NCBI GenBank assembly: GCA_038108555.1
Contig: JAYNIA010000001.1
Span: 70,427 to 134,426 of the forward strand
Source: Nitrospinota bacterium
Lineage (GTDB): Bacteria; Nitrospinota; Nitrospinia; Nitrospinales; VA-1
Length of the DNA stretch: 64,000 bases
Direction: 5' to 3'
Positions within the stretch are counted from its first letter, which is position 1. Each line of letters begins with the position of its first letter. This document shows positions 59,994-64,000 of this stretch, in pieces. A program made the translations under genes and the position numbers. The notes under the pieces were generated by a model. That model saw nothing but the letters and a program-made list of their open reading frames with translations. It ran no database searches and was not told the origin of the DNA.

Positions 59994-61693
59994 ACAAAGA
60001 TCAAATTCGTGCCATTTTGATATCAGACTTTAACTTGGATAACTTTGCCGGGTATCTAAAAAATGATTCGCATTCCCCAAAAATAGATTCTTCCATTGCT
60101 CCCTTCGGGCAAGTCAAACAGGTGTTGATGAACGAAAACATGGAATGCTGGGAAACACTGCATGATCTGGCCATCGTTTGGACACAACCCGAAGGAGTTA
60201 TCGATTCTTTTCGAAAAGCATTAGATTTCAATCAAGTACCCATCGAGCAAACTCTTGAAGAGGTGGATGATTATTGCGAAGCTCTTTCAAAGTTATTGGT
60301 ACGCGTTAATACTTTGCTTATACCCACCTGGACCCTGTCCGCTGGTTTCACTGGATATGGTTTATTAGAAAGAAAACCCGGCATTGGCCTTACCGATTTA
60401 TTGGCCCGTATGAATCTCCGCCTTGCAGAAAACCTGAAGGATTTTTCCAATGTATTTGTTTTAAATGCAGGACGCTGGATCCAATCGGCAGGAAAAGAGG
60501 CTTTTAACCCTAAACTTTGGTATATGGGAAAAATTCCATTCGGCAATCAAGTATTCAAGGAAGCCGTCTCCGATATAAAATCTACCCTGACAAGCATCCT
60601 AGGAGGAGCTAAAAAATTAATTCTGGTTGATCTGGATGACACGCTTTGGGGAGGGACGGTTGGGGAGGATGGATGGAAATCCCTAAAATTAGGAGGGCAT
60701 GATCCAATAGGAGAAGCCTTTTCCGACTTTCAAAAATCCCTAAAGTCTCTAACTAGACGAGGAATCCTTCTGGGAATTATCAGCAAAAACGAAGAGACAG
60801 TTGCACTAGACGCCATCGAAAAAAATCCGGAAATGATTTTAAAGCGCGAAGACTTTGTAGGATGGCGCATTAATTGGACCGATAAAGCCCAGAACATTCT
60901 CGATCTCACCAATGAACTGAACCTGGGAGTTCAGTCCACCGTTTTTATAGATGACAATCCAATGGAGCGTGCACGAGTCAAAGAAGCTCTTCCTGATGTA
61001 CTGGTTCCCGATTGGCCAAAAGATAAAATGTTTTATAAGGATTGTCTCATGAGCCTGAACTGCTTCAATACCCCGGTCATTAGTCTGGAAGACGGCCAAA
61101 GGACAAAAATGTATGGGATCGAATCAAAAAGAAAAAAACTAAAGGAAAAACTAGGATCCTTAGAGAAGTGGCTCAAAACACTGGAAACAAAAGTTGTCAT
61201 AGAAGAAATTAACCCAGCCAATCTGCAAAGGTCTTCCCAGCTCTTTAACAAAACCAACCAAATGAATCTTTCCACACGTAGATTGACAGAAGAGGAACTA
61301 ATGGATTGGGGGAAGGAAAAAAACCGCCGAATTTGGACTTTTCGGGTTTCGGACAAATTTGGTGATTCCGGCCTCACCGGTTTACTCAGCGTGGAATGCA
61401 ATGGAACCCAAATGCTGATTATAGATTTTGTCCTTAGCTGCAGAGTAATGGGAAGAAAGATTGAAGAACTTATGCTCCACACAGCTTATGAATATGGACG
61501 CTCCCTAAATCTAAAAACACTGTCCGCAAATTATTTGAAAACAAAAAAAAACAACCCTTGTCTCACTTTTTTGAAGCAATCTGGCTTGGAGCATAACGAA
61601 AAGACAGACACCTTCAAATGGAACCTTGAGACTCCTTATCCCCAACCTGAATGTATTACAGTATCAAACGGAGATAGCCAGACATTAAATTAG
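59990..61693 (+). CDS. FkbH-like HAD-IIIC glyceryl transferase
   Basis: DLDDTLWGG, SKN, FIDDNPMER, KTNQMNL, DKFGDSG, LSCRVMGR; overlaps the ACP stop codon. Confidence 0.92.
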   Translation: MNKDQIRAILISDFNLDNFAGYLKNDSHSPKIDSSIAPFGQVKQVLMNENMECWETLHDLAIVWTQPEGVIDSFRKALDFNQVPIEQTLEEVDDYCEALSKLLVRVNTLLIPTWTLSAGFTGYGLLERKPGIGLTDLLARMNLRLAENLKDFSNVFVLNAGRWIQSAGKEAFNPKLWYMGKIPFGNQVFKEAVSDIKSTLTSILGGAKKLILVDLDDTLWGGTVGEDGWKSLKLGGHDPIGEAFSDFQKSLKSLTRRGILLGIISKNEETVALDAIEKNPEMILKREDFVGWRINWTDKAQNILDLTNELNLGVQSTVFIDDNPMERARVKEALPDVLVPDWPKDKMFYKDCLMSLNCFNTPVISLEDGQRTKMYGIESKRKKLKEKLGSLEKWLKTLETKVVIEEINPANLQRSSQLFNKTNQMNLSTRRLTEEELMDWGKEKNRRIWTFRVSDKFGDSGLTGLLSVECNGTQMLIIDFVLSCRVMGRKIEELMLHTAYEYGRSLNLKTLSANYLKTKKNNPCLTFLKQSGLEHNEKTDTFKWNLETPYPQPECITVSNGDSQTLN

Positions 61694-61701
61694 GAAATTA
61701 A

Positions 61702-62556
61702 ATGGCCATAGTTAGAAAGGCGATCGAGCAAGACTTCGAAAAAATATATCCGCTATTTGTAAAATTTCAAAACCCCAAATTATCAAAGGATGATTGGCGA
61801 CAACTGTTTGTCGACCATTGGCAATGCAAAGAAGGTTATTTTGGGTACGTTTTGGAAAACCAGGGAGAAGTTGTAGGTTTTCTAGGTTTGATTTTTAGCA
61901 ATAGGACCCTAAATGGAAGGAAAACCAAATTTTGCAACTTAACAAGTTGGGTGGTTGAAGAAAATTTTAGAAATCAAAGTTTGTCCCTTTTGCTACCTGT
62001 TTTGAAACTGAATGAATATGCTTTGACAATTTTTACACCTTCCAAAGAGACTTATTTGGTTGCCCAAAAACTGGGATTTCAAGATCTAGAATCTAAATTA
62101 CAGATCATTTTTCCATTTCCTTCTTTTTTCACCGGATTTTCTCTTTGCGAAATTTCATTTGATAAAAGTTTATCAAGCAAAACTTTAACAGGGGAAGTTC
62201 TCCAGATTTATAAAGACCACGCTTTCTTAAACTGCACTCATGTCCATATTCACACCTCTTCAGGAGAGTGCTATTTAATGGGGGCAAAAATTTATCGCAA
62301 GAAACTTCCTTTCTTTCAAATCTATTATATTAGTCATCCTGAAATATTTTCCAAATTTTCCGGAAAAATCTCTATGAAAATATCCTTAAAATTAAAAACC
62401 GTTTCAATAATAATCGAGGAAAGGTTTCTAAAAGGCAATTCGATCTTTTTCGCCAAGTCTTGGCCTCTGCCCCACCCTAGACTTTACAAGGCTAAATCTT
62501 TGGGGAAAAGTGATATCGATTCACTTTATTCTGAGTTGCCCATTCTGAATTTGTAA
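61702..62556 (+). CDS. GNAT-fold acyltransferase
   Basis: IVRKA..D, GEVVGFLG, CNLTSWVVEENFR motif-A-like segment. Confidence 0.7.
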   Translation: MAIVRKAIEQDFEKIYPLFVKFQNPKLSKDDWRQLFVDHWQCKEGYFGYVLENQGEVVGFLGLIFSNRTLNGRKTKFCNLTSWVVEENFRNQSLSLLLPVLKLNEYALTIFTPSKETYLVAQKLGFQDLESKLQIIFPFPSFFTGFSLCEISFDKSLSSKTLTGEVLQIYKDHAFLNCTHVHIHTSSGECYLMGAKIYRKKLPFFQIYYISHPEIFSKFSGKISMKISLKLKTVSIIIEERFLKGNSIFFAKSWPLPHPRLYKAKSLGKSDIDSLYSELPILNL

Positions 62557-62566
62557 GGAGCAGGAA

Positions 62567-63631
62567 GTGATTAACAAAGTTGTAAAGCGAGCAGCAACGA
62601 AAATATTATTTTCCATACTTTTTCATTCAAAAGGTTACCTGCTATCAAAACCTTTTTATTCAGGCGTGGGAAGTATTCTGATGTTTCATCGGGTATGCCC
62701 CCAAAGCTCCAAATCTAGAATTAGAGGAAATGCCGGACTGGAAGTAACACCAGAATATCTTGAAAATACTATTCTTTATTTACGACAAAAAAATTATGAA
62801 ATAGTTTCCTTAACTCAAGCCGCACAAATTTTAAATTCAGGAGACACAAATCAAAAATTTGCAGTAATCACCTTTGACGACGGGTATATCGACAATTACC
62901 AGCATGCTTATCCGATACTAAAAAAACATCAAGCTCCGTTTTGCATTTATGTGACGACCAATTTACCGGATGGAAAAGCCATATTATGGTGGTATCTTCT
63001 CGAGGATTTGATTCTTCAAGAAAGCAAAATCGAATTTAACCTGAATGGACGAAAATACAGTTTCTCCTGCTCCAATATCCAGGAGAAGGATTGGTGCTAC
63101 CATGTTGTCCATAAATTAATTTTAAATGGGCCTTCAGATAAACTCAACGACAGAATCAGGCAAGTGTTTACTAATTACAACGTTGATTATTACAAAAAAT
63201 CAAAAGAACTATCACTTACCTGGGAACAAATTCGGGAAATGAGCAAAGACCCGCTGGTTGAAATTGGAGCGCACACCATTCATCATCCCGCCTTAAGCAA
63301 AGTTCCCGAGTCTGTTGTAGAAAAAGAGATTAAGGGCTCCAGAAAAAAAATTGAATCTGAGATCGGAAAAAAGGTGGAACACTTCTCATATCCATTTGGA
63401 ACAAAAAATGAGGCAGATGAAAGAGAGTACAGAATAGCAAAAAAATGCGGATTCATTACTTCGACCACAACCATCCCGGCAAATATTTTTTCAGAGCATA
63501 AGAATTTTTTAGAACGATTACCAAGAATTGCGGTCAATCAAAAAAGGGACAACGGAAATATCGATTACCTTAAGCTTTGGCTGACGGGGGCTTTGCCATG
63601 TATTTTAAATAAATTCAAACGGATTGTTTGA
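62567..63631 (+). CDS. Polysaccharide deacetylase (NodB/CE4 family)
   Basis: LMFHRV, TFDDGY, GAHTIHHP, FSYPFG, LPRI. Confidence 0.88.
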   Translation: MINKVVKRAATKILFSILFHSKGYLLSKPFYSGVGSILMFHRVCPQSSKSRIRGNAGLEVTPEYLENTILYLRQKNYEIVSLTQAAQILNSGDTNQKFAVITFDDGYIDNYQHAYPILKKHQAPFCIYVTTNLPDGKAILWWYLLEDLILQESKIEFNLNGRKYSFSCSNIQEKDWCYHVVHKLILNGPSDKLNDRIRQVFTNYNVDYYKKSKELSLTWEQIREMSKDPLVEIGAHTIHHPALSKVPESVVEKEIKGSRKKIESEIGKKVEHFSYPFGTKNEADEREYRIAKKCGFITSTTTIPANIFSEHKNFLERLPRIAVNQKRDNGNIDYLKLWLTGALPCILNKFKRIV

Positions 63632-63667
63632 TTCGAAGCTCTTAGCTACCAGTTACTTTTGGATATT

Positions 63668-64000
63668 TTATTTCTTGTTGCTTGCTCTAATGTAGGATCG
63701 CACTCCCAAGGGCAAAAACAAAGCCATTCCCCTTCTGGATAAGGAACGAACCATTTTCCAGAAGCCTCCTCCTAATTTTTCATAGGCCTTCCATTGCACC
63801 TGAAAAGCTTCTTTGATCATGATCCTCTCTTTTTTTGTGGAGTAGGACTTGTCATGAGTACGGCACACACCTAAAACCTCATCCAAATTATTGGCTTTCC
63901 CATCTTCCAACAGGCGAATCCAAAGATCATAGTCGTGGGCGATTACCAAATGCGGATCGTATCCTCCAATCTTCATCAATGAATGTTTTCTTATAACTGT
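63668..64000 (-). CDS. Glycosyltransferase family 2, 3' part (runs off window end)
   Basis: IGGYD...AHDYDLWIRL pattern. Confidence 0.7.
   Translation of the reverse strand, partial: TVIRKHSLMKIGGYDPHLVIAHDYDLWIRLLEDGKANNLDEVLGVCRTHDKSYSTKKERIMIKEAFQVQWKAYEKLGGGFWKMVRSLSRRGMALFLPLGVRSYIRASNKK

Overview
Gene-dense bacterial chromosomal window, moderately AT-rich, with no rRNA, tRNA, CRISPR array, transposase or integrase recognised. From my recall of similar proteins it resembles a Nitrospina-like (Nitrospinota) genome; this is inference, not a database result. The left part is mostly housekeeping: partial fumC, RpoH-type sigma factor, aroC, the pheA-tyrA-cmk-rpsA-sppA-ihfB cluster, glnD, mdh, arsC, a PflX-like radical SAM gene and lexA-dinB. 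The middle holds envelope and accessory genes, pepA, and a monocistronic HydB/NuoF-type flavoprotein. Main observations: (1) a ~3 kb islet flanked by a decayed duplicate of the oppA 3' end, carrying a receiver-domain-fused PilB/GspE ATPase split at an A7 slippery site; (2) a MaoC-SDR/ACP/FkbH/GNAT/deacetylase cassette that could build a glyceryl- or lactyl-ACP for glycan acylation; (3) a GlnD lacking its HD motif; (4) candidate TTTTCG direct-repeat LexA boxes; (5) nested REP-like repeats, plus a related palindromic element translated in frame inside a phosphoesterase; (6) a sigma54 promoter with an upstream palindrome; (7) a hydrolase gene split by one in-frame TAG.
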